From contig JBEKDT010000001.1 of assembly GCA_050014195.1 (NCBI GenBank), positions 64,001 to 128,000 on the forward strand: DNA of 64,000 bases, given 5' to 3'. The DNA is from Desulfomonilia bacterium (GTDB taxonomy: Bacteria; Desulfobacterota; Desulfomonilia; UBA1062). Under the pieces are notes generated by a model. It saw only the letters and a program-made list of their open reading frames with translations, did no database searches and was not told the origin of the DNA. A program made the translations under genes and the position numbers. Below, piece by piece: positions 19,769 to 29,795 of the stretch (the first letter of the stretch is position 1; every line of letters begins with the position of its first letter).

Positions 19769-20238
19769 TTGGATGTAGAGAGGACAGCTTTGATACACTC
19801 GATGAGACTTTGCGGCCCCACGAGTGGACCAATACCTCCGAGTCTATGAATATCCTTACAATGTGCCTTTGCGAGTGGACTATCGGAGTATATGATTACG
19901 GGCATGTGAAGTTCAGATTTCTGCAGATACTTGAGGACTTCGATTCCTGCGAGTTGGTTATCTCCACGACTCATATCCGAAATCACAAGGGCAATCGCAC
20001 ACTCTGATCTTTCGAGAATTGATGTGGCCTCCTCTGTAGACAACGCAATAACGATTGAAGCTCCGCTATCATCCAGCAATCTGTGTGGGAGTTGGTTGTT
20101 AGCCGGTTGATCATCAATCCAAAGGATTCTCTTTCCTGCCGGTGAAGTGCCAAGTGATCGTCTCAAGTCCGAGAGCATTGCCATAGCCTCGCGAATCGCA
20201 GTGAGACTTGTCTTTTGTGGTCTTTCATCCGTCTCCAT
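19735..20238 (-). CDS. Stand-alone response-regulator receiver domain protein
   Basis: RILWIDDQPANN, LVISDM, PVIIYS. Confidence 0.75.
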   Translation of the reverse strand: METDERPQKTSLTAIREAMAMLSDLRRSLGTSPAGKRILWIDDQPANNQLPHRLLDDSGASIVIALSTEEATSILERSECAIALVISDMSRGDNQLAGIEVLKYLQKSELHMPVIIYSDSPLAKAHCKDIHRLGGIGPLVGPQSLIECIKAVLSTSNLNKAIDSDEK

Positions 20239-20247
20239 AGCCCGGCG

Positions 20248-21429
20248 CTAGTCCCCCTTGTTGGCTTGATTCAGTGGTGAATCCACCACTTCACTAAGCA
20301 TATAGAACCACTGATGCTTCTGCTTCATCTTATGCGCAACTGGAATGCCAATGGTTTCCTCCACAGCCTTCTGTGCGGGCGTGCCAATCAATGGAACGAA
20401 TCCTATAGGTAGTGTAACATAGCCAAGGACATTACGAAATCGTGTAACCTTCCTTTCAGTTTGGAGCACTTCCGCCAGTACTGATCGAGCGAAGTGTTCA
20501 TCGAACTGAACTCTTCCAGCCACTGCATCGCTGATGAGTTGGCGAAGGTCCTGTATTCGTTTGTCATTGAGAACTTTCAGAAGAGCATGTGTATCATTTA
20601 TAGCCAGTTCAGGGAATGCCACTGTAAACAGCTTTTCGACCTGCTTCCTTCCCTCTTCTGTTGGGTTTTCAGCTTTACCTATAGAAAGGAACTTGGTGTA
20701 GTAGAATGGGGTGAAGTCAAGCCAGTCATGGAATGGGATCTGAAATTCATTCGAAAGGACAAGGTTGGCATTGACATACCCCAGATATGCACGGAGAACT
20801 TCCCGCAACGCGCTGCGATAGTCTTTTTGTTTTCGCTTTTCAGAAGAGGAGAGAGCGGTGTCAACCATGTCAGACAGGTAATGTGCATTTCCCATCACCC
20901 CATGCACCATGTGACCGATCTCATGCATCAACACTGCCCTGTGGTGGTGAAGTGCATGCATATCGTGGCCCGAGAGGTGATCATCGTGCAGAGAAAGGAA
21001 TTCACATTGATCACGCCAGACCTGTATAGACATATCGGCAAAATGCCGCCACGTGGTCAATGATTCCCTTAAGGGTATGACCCACTGATCGAGAACATCC
21101 ATGTCGTGTTCTAACATTTTTTCGAGCAGATCAGACTTGCCTCGGAGGATTGACGCGAAATCGACGAGTTCAATGCGGCCTTCGATCATCAATTCACGGA
21201 AGGTATCTGCCACGCCTGAGTAAGCACGTGCAGGATTCTCGACCAAACGCGCAAAGGACATCTCATCCATTACAATTTGATCGCAGAGGACAAGGAGTTC
21301 GTAATCGGGCATGAACTCCTCATTAATTAAACGAAACGAGACAGGTGGCATCCTGTGAAATACAGAGTTCCCCCTTGAACCGCTGCCTTGGGGATCCTCA
21401 ATGCCGAATGATGTGAGCATGAGTTTCAT
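20248..21429 (-). CDS. Hypothetical protein with a His-rich segment
   Basis: Long ORF, GGAGG RBS before MKLMLTS; HDDHLSGHDMHALHHH..HEIGH. Confidence 0.7.
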   Translation of the reverse strand: MKLMLTSFGIEDPQGSGSRGNSVFHRMPPVSFRLINEEFMPDYELLVLCDQIVMDEMSFARLVENPARAYSGVADTFRELMIEGRIELVDFASILRGKSDLLEKMLEHDMDVLDQWVIPLRESLTTWRHFADMSIQVWRDQCEFLSLHDDHLSGHDMHALHHHRAVLMHEIGHMVHGVMGNAHYLSDMVDTALSSSEKRKQKDYRSALREVLRAYLGYVNANLVLSNEFQIPFHDWLDFTPFYYTKFLSIGKAENPTEEGRKQVEKLFTVAFPELAINDTHALLKVLNDKRIQDLRQLISDAVAGRVQFDEHFARSVLAEVLQTERKVTRFRNVLGYVTLPIGFVPLIGTPAQKAVEETIGIPVAHKMKQKHQWFYMLSEVVDSPLNQANKGD

Positions 21430-21546
21430 TAGAGATTCCTCCGATTTCTTTAATCCTCTGCTTCTGCTATCGCTGCCCTTCTGAGTGACCAATTGCTATG
21501 CTGCAATATTACTGTTTATAACCATTGTTATCCATAGTACGATTAC

Positions 21547-21574
21547 AGTATATCCTGATATCTATTAAGTGCAA
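21547..21574 (-). promoter_or_regulatory. Sigma70 promoter with operator-like ATATCAGGATAT
   Basis: TTGCAC-16-TATACT; homologous to the 17500-17528 promoter. Confidence 0.55.
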
Positions 21575-21776
21575 GGAATTATACTGTTAAGTTATAGATT
21601 TTGTGCCAGACTAAACGGATTACCCAGATTGAATATATCTTTTGATAATTATCACCACCATGCAATCAGATATGTGTGTATAGAGCTATAAGCACTTTAC
21701 ACTCAGATAAATCATAAGTTTTTCAGAGTACGGGTATGTATAGCTCACACTTTGAATTCTACACTTAATATTTTGC

Positions 21777-24700
21777 TTATGATGATGATATAAATTTATT
21801 ATCACCTTTACCATCTATTTTTATGTATCCATCAATGTACAAAACCCTTAGAGAGGCTGAATAACTGCCGCTGTCACGATAACCATATTTGTCTGTAAGA
21901 ACATCCTTCAAGTCAGTCCAAGTTATTTTTCTTGCCTCTCTCACATGATAAAGCATTCGAGATGGTAACGAGTTAGGGTTATTAAGCTCTTCCCTATAAC
22001 TTTTTAAGTATGCTGGCTCCTTCGTTAACACTATTGGCGGGTTGGTAGCATCATCATTAATATATTTTTTATAAGCAGAAAGTTGTTCTTGAGTAATAAG
22101 ATTGTCAGCTATGAGTACGGATAATTTATATTCTTCTAGTTCATCAAATAGTGATTTTTTTAATGTCATTTCCTCACCAGAAGGAAGTATCATTGTTGCT
22201 TTATTGTTATTTATATCCTTCTTAACAATAAAATATTTCTCTGATGATTTATTTTTACATACTTCAACATAGATATTAAGTGATTCATCTTTTAGATAAG
22301 GTTTGTGTAGTTCATCGGACTTTGGTTCTGTTTTTGTTTTGATTGGTTCAGCAGAAACGCTGACTAAATCTGATTTATCTAAATGGGTACTTCTATCCTC
22401 AACCGTTTGTACTTTATTATAATTTTTCGTTCCCCTACAACGAGGGAACTGACTGCAACCATAGAATTGGCCAAATTTGCCACGACGGAGCACCATATTT
22501 GATCCACATTTGGGACACTTGGTTTTTGTGGGCTGGGCGGACAGACCCGAAGCCTTCTGGAGAGTCTCTTTTTTCATCCCCTTACAGGTGATACAAATTC
22601 TTCCGATTCCCTTTATCAGAGATGGATCTCTAAATTCGTCTATATCCCTAAGTTCCTTGCATTTTGGGCATTCTTTTACCTCATTGGTGCGAAGACCGTC
22701 TATTGTTTCGAGTACTCCGCTAAGAACCCAATTGGTCTCATCTCTCTCTTCGATCTGAGCCCGAAGTCGTTTTTCAAGCGTCACAACAGGGTCCTTCCCA
22801 ATGTTGAACCTATTTATACGCAGGAACTTATAGCCATATCCCTCGATTGTCTTCTGTCGGTATACATCTTCTTCGCTGTAGTACTGATTGTAGTTATGAG
22901 CTAGAACCCACTCATGGTTGATGAAGTGCTCTTTGAAGCCGTCGTACTCGATGATAATACGATGCTTCGAACCGGCAGGATCTCTGTAAGTCAGCAAAAA
23001 ATCGACTTTGTATTCCGGATGCTTGTAAGTATGCGTCCGGTCGAGTTGGTTCAGATATCTGCCGATGTTGAACTGAGGGATCAGTGAAATGGAGCCACTG
23101 GCACGGTTCTCCTGCCAGAGAGGCGTGTTGAGAATCCAACCGAGGACTTCCCGTTCCATTGGAGACTTCGGATCTACATCCTCGCTGGTAGGTTCCTGCT
23201 GGGCTACCCGACGCTCTTCCCAGTAATGGCGAAGCGCTATGCCAATCGAACCGCTGTATTGGTCAAGTGGCTTACTAAGGACGAAATGCATTGTCTCCTT
23301 GGCCCGACTGAAGCCAACATTGAGACGCTGTGCCTTGATTTTACCGTTCTCTTCGACATCGACCTTTTCAAGGTCCTTGACGAAAATGCCCCAAAGACGG
23401 TCAATAGCCGGATTTGCTACCATAGAGTAGTAAATGATATCCCGTTCCTCGCCCTGACATGTATCGAAGGTCATAATCTTGAGCCGCAGATTGTCATAGA
23501 GCCAGTCCCGTTCGGAAAGCCTGTTTATGGCTTCCATAATTAATTTCTGCTGGTTGGTATGCGGAGTGATAATCCCGGCGGTTCCTTTAAACCCTACTGC
23601 CTTCAGACGTAGCAGCTCAGTAGTAATGAAGTCGATTTCTGGGCGGTTAGTGTTCGCAACAGGCTCATTTTTCCCGTCATGGTCGATGAAACTGAAGGCA
23701 AGCACATCGTCGATGATGTTCCCGCGTATCTTCATCACTTGCAGGCTGTTCTTATAAAAGTAACGGTTGGAGTAGGAAATAATCTCTCGGTAGCCTCTGA
23801 AATACTTGTTCAGTTGTATAGTAAAATTGTTAATGAATTCGAAAAATTCAAGAATTGAAGTGCGGATGTTGAAATTCTCTATACGTATCAATTTGCCTTC
23901 ATCACTCGACACGCAGGCAATAAAGCTTGCTCGCAGGTGGTTCAAATACTCGTTATTGGTTTCAGATCTGGCATGAGCAGCCTTTACATTGGAGAACTGT
24001 TTCTTGTCGCCGAGAACCAGCACCTTGCGTGCACGTAGCAACGCCGGGAAAGCTTGGGAAATGCTTACCTGTGATGCCTCGTCAATGATGACCAGATCAA
24101 AAATATCTGCCTGAAGCGGGATGTATTCCGCATAGTCCCTTATGCCGGAAAGTATGCAGGGAAATGCATTCTTGAGCTTCTCGAATTCGTCCTTCGGAAA
24201 ACGGCGTTTTTTCTGAATGATGGTCCTCAGGGACTTTGCTGTCGCCTGATTATTCTGATAGAAGTCGATAACCCGTCCGTCAAGACGATATGTCATCTCC
24301 ATGGTAATTAGTTTTTCGATTTGGCGTTTTCTTGCGGCATAACCAACAGTGCCTAGTCCTCGGAATTTCTGTTCAAGTCGTTGCCTCAATGCAATGTATC
24401 CCACCAGTTCGTCAAACTCTGCTTGTGGCATTGCTGCGAGCTTGCTTCGGCATAGCGAAGTGATTGAAACTTCCTGGATGCCAAGCTTTTTCAGTGTTAC
24501 CGGGTAGATTTTGATTCGCTCCTCAATGTAGTGCAGGTCGTCGGTAAGCCGAGCAAACCGCTCCATTTCACCATGAAACTCTGAGTCATGCACAACGCTC
24601 CAAAGAGTTGCCGCAAAATCATATGGTTTATCAGTTGCGGGAATCGCCGCTTTGATAAGGAAGGCTTTATTAAGCATTTCAAGCGTCCGTGCTATGATCG

Positions 24701-26960
24701 GCAGCGATCCATGTGCCTTAGTCAAAGTAGAGTTGGGGAACAGTGTCCGAAACCGAGCATTGATAGTATTTTTCCGCCACCACTTCAGGCTGCCGAGGAA
24801 TTCTGCTTTCAGTGCTACAAAGTCGGTATGGATTCCCTTGAGTGGTTCAATCTTGTTATCTTCCATGCCCCCAAACTGCTCAAGAAGTTTATCTGTGTCG
24901 TAGTGATCATTTAACTTTGCAACTCCTACCAACAACATGCCACAGTGTTGACCGAACCGGGACAGTACACGGACGTCACCGGTAGGTTTCAGTCCCATGT
25001 CAAAACAGAGTCTCGGAAATGAGTTCGGAATGTTACCCCCATCTGCGCCTAATGTCTCACAGAGGTCGATTACAATCCGCCGTAGTTCATCGAGATCGCC
25101 AGGTGCAGCAACATGGCGGGACAACTCTTCTGTATCCCATAGGAGAGGCTTGTCAGACATGCACACTTCACTGTCGAGTAGTTCACTAATCTCATCAAGA
25201 CTGATATCGCCACCGCTGAGTATCTCTGCTTCGATCTCTTCCTTAAGAGATGCAATTGAACTGGTTATGTTCTTCTCTAGTTCTCCGTGCTTGCTTTTAA
25301 GGGCTCGATAGGCATCATTGATACTTGTGATTGCAGCGCTCGAAAGAATCTGGGCATAGGTGCTTCCTGTCTTGCCAAGACGTAGGATCGGGTTTTGGAA
25401 GTTCTTGTCATGCCGTACCCGATTCAGCGTTTCTGTAATCTTGTCCTCGACTACATCCAGGGCTTCCTTCTTGTCAGAAAGCACTAGAACAGACTTATTG
25501 TTCAGAACTGCATCACAGACGATAGCGGTAATGGTATGACTTTTACCGGTGCCTGGTGGCCCCTGGACAGTGATATAGTTGCACCCGTCCCTCTTTACCG
25601 CTATGAGTATCTGGCGTTGTTCCTCATTCAAGGCTATCGGCGAAGAAGCCACCAGTTTGTCATCAGTGCTTGTTGCATCCCACTCGTCATGAACATTCGA
25701 CATGAAGGAAACAGGTTCCTTTTCAAGGAAGTCCTGGATGATCCGCTCGAAAGCACCCCCTAGTTCACTCTCGTCAAGGGCTAACTGACGGAGGATCTCT
25801 TCATAGTCGTTAATTACGGCTTCGTCAGATTTTTCAAAAAGAGCGAAACTGGTGGCATTACTGATATTGATAAACTTACTTTTTGCAATCTGCGATTTGG
25901 CTGACCCAATGTCTATTTTAGCATCGGCGGCAAAGTAACTGATCAGTTCATTGAAGACTTCTTGTACGAGAATCTGGAAACCATCTCCCTGGTTAGATAG
26001 ATAAATGATTCGTTCGGTAACGCTTGAGAGACTTCCTTTTTTCTCCGTCTCCCTGCAGTACTCCTGGACAATGAAATCGAGTGCCTTCTTGTTGATAAAT
26101 ACATGGGGATCAAACTCTACAACGAGTGTCTCTCTCTCTCGGAGCAAGTCGATAGGGATATAAAAAAGCGGAAACCTAGTATTACTGTAGCTTATCTCTC
26201 CGAAGTAAAGATAGACATCCTGACCTTCAAGCATTCCCTTGTTACGGACAAGCTCGAATAGTTCCAGATACAGATCGGCAGCCTGATAGGTTTCGAAGAA
26301 ACCTTTGATGGTGCCCCTGACCTCTTCAAGCTGAAGTTGTGTTGCAAAGCGGGCTTCTGCATCGGCCTCCTCACCGGCAATTATTTCACGTACAATGATG
26401 GCAATAATCTCATCGAGTGGCCGGACAAGGACGGCTGTTAACTCCTCTTCCAACAGATAGGTAAGGTTTTCATCGCTGACCGCCAAGTTTGCAAGCGGCT
26501 TGGCAAGGCTGCTTACAAGAGGTTTGACGACCTGTGCATTAACAAGGGTTCCAGCAATGGAAAGGAGCGCTTCAACAGCCCTGTCATATTCTTCCTTATG
26601 TGCTTTACCGAGGCGTCTGGCCTCCTTAGCAAGGGTTGTGGCGATTGAATCAAGAGTTTCAGAGCTAACTCTCTTAAGTTGGGCTTCAACCAATGCAACT
26701 AGGGAGGCAGGTATCAATGCCCGGTAACTTCCCTTTGAAATCTGCTTTAGGATGGATCGGCTAAATCCTCCACGAATAAGCTTCCAGACTATCTCAACAA
26801 ATGCGGGATATTTGTCGAGTTTGATGCCGACCAATAGATTGTCCTGATTCCGGAGTTGAACGGATCGTTTCGGTAAACGTCGCTTGTGGAAGTCAGTTTC
26901 CAGAAAGTCGCGGAAGTAGATTGCGACGTCGCGTAAAAAACCCTTACATCCTGCGTCCAT
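21777..26960 (-). CDS. Large SF1 (DNA2/NAM7-like) helicase with Vsr/restriction-endonuclease-like domain and zinc ribbons
   Basis: QGPPGTGKS, IIDEASQ, GDKKQ, CQGEERD, RLNVGFSRAK; KVDF..IIIEYDGF..H; CPKC..C; CPKCGSNMVLRRGKFGQFYGCSQFPRC (topoisomerase zf-C4). Confidence 0.85.
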   Translation of the reverse strand: MDAGCKGFLRDVAIYFRDFLETDFHKRRLPKRSVQLRNQDNLLVGIKLDKYPAFVEIVWKLIRGGFSRSILKQISKGSYRALIPASLVALVEAQLKRVSSETLDSIATTLAKEARRLGKAHKEEYDRAVEALLSIAGTLVNAQVVKPLVSSLAKPLANLAVSDENLTYLLEEELTAVLVRPLDEIIAIIVREIIAGEEADAEARFATQLQLEEVRGTIKGFFETYQAADLYLELFELVRNKGMLEGQDVYLYFGEISYSNTRFPLFYIPIDLLRERETLVVEFDPHVFINKKALDFIVQEYCRETEKKGSLSSVTERIIYLSNQGDGFQILVQEVFNELISYFAADAKIDIGSAKSQIAKSKFINISNATSFALFEKSDEAVINDYEEILRQLALDESELGGAFERIIQDFLEKEPVSFMSNVHDEWDATSTDDKLVASSPIALNEEQRQILIAVKRDGCNYITVQGPPGTGKSHTITAIVCDAVLNNKSVLVLSDKKEALDVVEDKITETLNRVRHDKNFQNPILRLGKTGSTYAQILSSAAITSINDAYRALKSKHGELEKNITSSIASLKEEIEAEILSGGDISLDEISELLDSEVCMSDKPLLWDTEELSRHVAAPGDLDELRRIVIDLCETLGADGGNIPNSFPRLCFDMGLKPTGDVRVLSRFGQHCGMLLVGVAKLNDHYDTDKLLEQFGGMEDNKIEPLKGIHTDFVALKAEFLGSLKWWRKNTINARFRTLFPNSTLTKAHGSLPIIARTLEMLNKAFLIKAAIPATDKPYDFAATLWSVVHDSEFHGEMERFARLTDDLHYIEERIKIYPVTLKKLGIQEVSITSLCRSKLAAMPQAEFDELVGYIALRQRLEQKFRGLGTVGYAARKRQIEKLITMEMTYRLDGRVIDFYQNNQATAKSLRTIIQKKRRFPKDEFEKLKNAFPCILSGIRDYAEYIPLQADIFDLVIIDEASQVSISQAFPALLRARKVLVLGDKKQFSNVKAAHARSETNNEYLNHLRASFIACVSSDEGKLIRIENFNIRTSILEFFEFINNFTIQLNKYFRGYREIISYSNRYFYKNSLQVMKIRGNIIDDVLAFSFIDHDGKNEPVANTNRPEIDFITTELLRLKAVGFKGTAGIITPHTNQQKLIMEAINRLSERDWLYDNLRLKIMTFDTCQGEERDIIYYSMVANPAIDRLWGIFVKDLEKVDVEENGKIKAQRLNVGFSRAKETMHFVLSKPLDQYSGSIGIALRHYWEERRVAQQEPTSEDVDPKSPMEREVLGWILNTPLWQENRASGSISLIPQFNIGRYLNQLDRTHTYKHPEYKVDFLLTYRDPAGSKHRIIIEYDGFKEHFINHEWVLAHNYNQYYSEEDVYRQKTIEGYGYKFLRINRFNIGKDPVVTLEKRLRAQIEERDETNWVLSGVLETIDGLRTNEVKECPKCKELRDIDEFRDPSLIKGIGRICITCKGMKKETLQKASGLSAQPTKTKCPKCGSNMVLRRGKFGQFYGCSQFPRCRGTKNYNKVQTVEDRSTHLDKSDLVSVSAEPIKTKTEPKSDELHKPYLKDESLNIYVEVCKNKSSEKYFIVKKDINNNKATMILPSGEEMTLKKSLFDELEEYKLSVLIADNLITQEQLSAYKKYINDDATNPPIVLTKEPAYLKSYREELNNPNSLPSRMLYHVREARKITWTDLKDVLTDKYGYRDSGSYSASLRVLYIDGYIKIDGKGDNKFISSS

Positions 26961-27184
26961 GACTATCCCTTTGGAAAATAATAGGGGCACCCTATCTTGA
27001 TTGAGTCAAGAAGAAAAATACGAATGAAGTACAAGAGACAGTGTTTTGTTAATTTTGCAGGTTTTATTCGAAAATCTCTATGTGTGGGGCAGAGACCACT
27101 TGCACAGACCACTATGAGCTATTTGATTATATGGTCAATCTTGGCTGTATACATAATAATGCTAAAATAATCCTGAAATGGATT

Positions 27185-27350
27185 GTAACGCCTTCTCCGC
27201 TCGCCTTCTAAGCGTCCCGCCAGGCTGATAAACCTGTCATGCCGCTTGCAGCGCTTCGATGGCTTCTTTAAGGAAGGAAACAAAGCCTTTCTTTCGGTCG
27301 TTCCTCCCTCTCCCTTCAATCTCAGGTGAAAGGGGGAGGGAGGAAAAATG
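27185..27350 (+). repeat. Conserved double-hairpin upstream repeat R2
   Basis: AAGCGTCCCGCCAGG..CCTGTCATGCCGCTTGCAGCG and TTCCTCCCTCTCCCTTCA..GTGAAAGGGGGAGGGAGGAA. Confidence 0.85.
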
Positions 27351-27388
27351 TTGTTTTCGCGCATTAGACCAAATCAAAGGAGGGCTTT

Positions 27389-27706
27389 ATGAAGCTTTTA
27401 ACAGTTGAGTTGATCAATCAGTTTCCGAGGCTTTACGAGACCGATGGGAAACCGAAGGACCAGGTGAAAATAATCGCCAAGTTCTTTCACCCTATGTCCG
27501 CTGCCACTTGGTATGCAACCGAGTACGATCCGGAGGAAAGGATGTTCTTTGGCTTCGTGAATCTAGGTAATCCCTTATACGCTGAACTGGGATATTTCTC
27601 TCTTGATGAACTTGAAAGTGTAAAGGTGATGGGACTCGGCATCGAGAGAGATCTGCATTTCGGAGAGCATTACTTATCCGAGGTTCTTGAAAGCAAAAAT
27701 ATTTGA
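27389..27706 (+). CDS. DUF2958 family protein
   Basis: [34 protein letters not shown]; AAGGAGG RBS. Confidence 0.85.
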   Translation: MKLLTVELINQFPRLYETDGKPKDQVKIIAKFFHPMSAATWYATEYDPEERMFFGFVNLGNPLYAELGYFSLDELESVKVMGLGIERDLHFGEHYLSEVLESKNI

Positions 27707-27711
27707 CAACG

Positions 27712-27741
27712 CCGCGTCCGCCGGGTAACCGGCGGATGCGG
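27712..27741 (+). terminator. GC-rich hairpin after DUF2958
   Basis: CCGCGTCCGCCGG-GTAA-CCGGCGGATGCGG. Confidence 0.6.
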
Positions 27742-27804
27742 GCATAAAAGCATAAAGGATGTATACAGAACAATTTAGGCTCAAAGATCTTTCATAAGCA
27801 ATTC

Positions 27805-27960
27805 GCGCCCCTTTCTCTCGCTTTATAAGCACCGCGCCAACAAGAATACGTTGTCACGCTGCTTGCAACGTTTCAGGGGCTTTCTACAAGGAGGCTTCGC
27901 GGTCTTTTATCTCCGATTTTTATCAACCCATGAATCAGGGGTGAACGGGTTGAAAAAAAT
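27805..27960 (+). repeat. Conserved double-hairpin upstream repeat R3
   Basis: TTGTCACGCTGCTTGCAACG core; TTTTTATCAACCC..GTGAACGGGTTGAAAAAA hairpin. Confidence 0.8.
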
Positions 27961-28582
27961 CATGACCTCCGGCAAAGCCGGAGGTTTGTGTAAATCATGA
28001 ACCGCTCAAAGCGGTTTTACCCGATTGCCTTTGTCTCTAGCTGAACATGTTCATCTGCTCAAGTCGCTGGTCTTCTTGCTCCTGCTTCTGGATGTATGAC
28101 CGGACTACTTCCTCGTCCAACCCTACTGTACTCACATAGTAGCCCCTGGCCCAAAATTGCTGACCCGTAAAATTCTTCCTTCGCCCCATGTATGCCCGAG
28201 CTATATGTATCGCACTCTTCCCTTTGATATACCCGATCACCTGGGATACCGAATACTTCGGCGGGATCGATATCAGCATGTGTATATGGTCCTGCTTCAG
28301 ATGTCCCTCGATAACCATGCTCTCCCTCTGTATGGCAAGTTTCCTCATCACCTCACCAAGATACTTCCTCAACTGCCCATACAGCGTCTTCCTTCGATAT
28401 TTCGGTATCCATACAACATGATACTTGCATTCCCACCTGGTGTGCCTTAGACTCTGCTCATCTTCCATGTTTTGCCTCCACTTCTGTAAACTTTGAGCGG
28501 TTCACAGTTAGGAGGCTCTTCAATATTCCCGGAATTGTCAAACTCCGGCGAGTCACCCCGGCAGAGCCGGGGGTTTACCTAA
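27961..28582 (-). mobile_element. IS200/IS605-family element (tnpA only); ends approximate
   Basis: Subterminal hairpins ACCTCCGGCAAAGCCGGAGGT and CCCCGGCAGAGCCGGGG; internal IR TGAACCGCTCAAAG. Confidence 0.85.
28037..28468 (-). CDS. tnpA: IS200-family Y1 (HUH) transposase
   Basis: KYHVVWIPKYRR, DHIHML (HUH), FWARGYYVSTVG, YIQKQ. Confidence 0.95.
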   Translation of the reverse strand: MEDEQSLRHTRWECKYHVVWIPKYRRKTLYGQLRKYLGEVMRKLAIQRESMVIEGHLKQDHIHMLISIPPKYSVSQVIGYIKGKSAIHIARAYMGRRKNFTGQQFWARGYYVSTVGLDEEVVRSYIQKQEQEDQRLEQMNMFS

Positions 28583-28614
28583 AGTAAATTAATTTATTAG
28601 AGGAGGAAAGACCA

Positions 28615-29496
28615 ATGGCAAACGTATTCGAGATCGTGACCGAGCAGATTCTAAAACATTTATGTGCTGGTGTTATCCCCTGGAGAAAACCCTGGACTAG
28701 CAAGATCCGGCTTCCCCTTAACCTGGTGACCGGCAAGAAGTATCGAGGGATCAATGTATGGTTGCTCCTTGCTTCCAGCTATGCCTCTCCTTACTGGCTC
28801 ACCTTCAACCAGGCCAAGACCCTCGGAGGGACCATTAAGAAGGGAGAGAAAAGCTCCATCGTGGTTTTCTGGAACTTCAAAGAAGTGGATGAAGTAAACA
28901 AGGACACCAGCCAACTGGAAAAGAAGAACATCCCCTTCTTAAAGTATTACCGGGTATTCAATGCCCTGCAGTGTGAAGGGATCACCTATCCTGAGCAAGA
29001 GGAAGAGACACACACGGACCCCATAGCCGAAGCTGAGGCTATTATAGAAGGATATAAGGGAAGGCCTGAGATAAAGCACGGATTCACAAAGGCCTGCTAT
29101 AACTCTGTAGAGGATCTGATAAAGATGCCCAATAGGTCTGCATTCGTGAACCAGGAGGAATATTTTAGTGTACTATTCCATGAGGCAACCCACAGCACAG
29201 GCTTAGAAACTCGACTCAACCGGGAGACCTTGACCACACCAGCACCTTTCGGATCGAAGAACTACGCACGGGAAGAGCTTATAGCCGAGATGGGGGCTGC
29301 CTACCTGTGCGCAATCACCGGTATTGCCCATGCCACCATTGAGAACTCAGCGGCATATATCCAAGGGTGGAGGGACTCTATCAGCAAGGATTCAAAGCTC
29401 GTTGTCCTGGCCGCTGCCCAGGCCCAGAAAGCAGTCAACTACATCATGGGTAGGCAAGAAGAAGAGAACCACGAGGATGAAGTAGGGCATGGGTAA
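28615..29496 (+). CDS. ardC: ArdC-like antirestriction / ssDNA-binding protein (DUF1738 plus zincin-like domain)
   Basis: PWRKPW, YRGINVWLL, WLTFNQA, FHEATHSTG, YAREELIAEMGAA. Confidence 0.9.
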   Translation: MANVFEIVTEQILKHLCAGVIPWRKPWTSKIRLPLNLVTGKKYRGINVWLLLASSYASPYWLTFNQAKTLGGTIKKGEKSSIVVFWNFKEVDEVNKDTSQLEKKNIPFLKYYRVFNALQCEGITYPEQEEETHTDPIAEAEAIIEGYKGRPEIKHGFTKACYNSVEDLIKMPNRSAFVNQEEYFSVLFHEATHSTGLETRLNRETLTTPAPFGSKNYAREELIAEMGAAYLCAITGIAHATIENSAAYIQGWRDSISKDSKLVVLAAAQAQKAVNYIMGRQEEENHEDEVGHG

Positions 29497-29508
29497 TTCC
29501 CCTGCTCC

Positions 29509-29534
29509 CGGACGCGGCGCATGCGCCGCGTCCG
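29509..29534. terminator. Perfect palindrome after ardC
   Basis: CGGACGCGGCGCATGCGCCGCGTCCG. Confidence 0.55.
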
Positions 29535-29572
29535 CTTTATGCTGTTAGCTTTAATTCCGGGAAAACAGTGCC

Positions 29573-29742
29573 TAGCCTCTTTCACTTGCTATCAAAGCGT
29601 CCTGCCAACGGAGTTGTCATGCTGCTTGCAACGCTTCAGAGGCATCCAGGATGCCAAGGATTATTCAAGGTGGCTTCGCGACCTTATCATCCTTTTTTCC
29701 TAACCCCTTAAGGGTTTTGTGAAAGGGGTCAGGGAAAAATTG
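29573..29742 (+). repeat. Conserved double-hairpin upstream repeat R4
   Basis: TTGTCATGCTGCTTGCAACG core; TTTTTCCTAACCCCTT..GTGAAAGGGGTCAGGGAAAAA. Confidence 0.85.
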
Positions 29743-29795
29743 GTTTTTTGGGGAGGAACTCCCTGGAGGCCAATAATTTAAAGGGAGGAATATCC

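Noticed and set aside
27119-27364. 81-aa minus-strand ORF (and the similar 29521-29703 ORF)
   Set aside because: These overlap the non-coding repeats R2 and R4 and show no protein-like features
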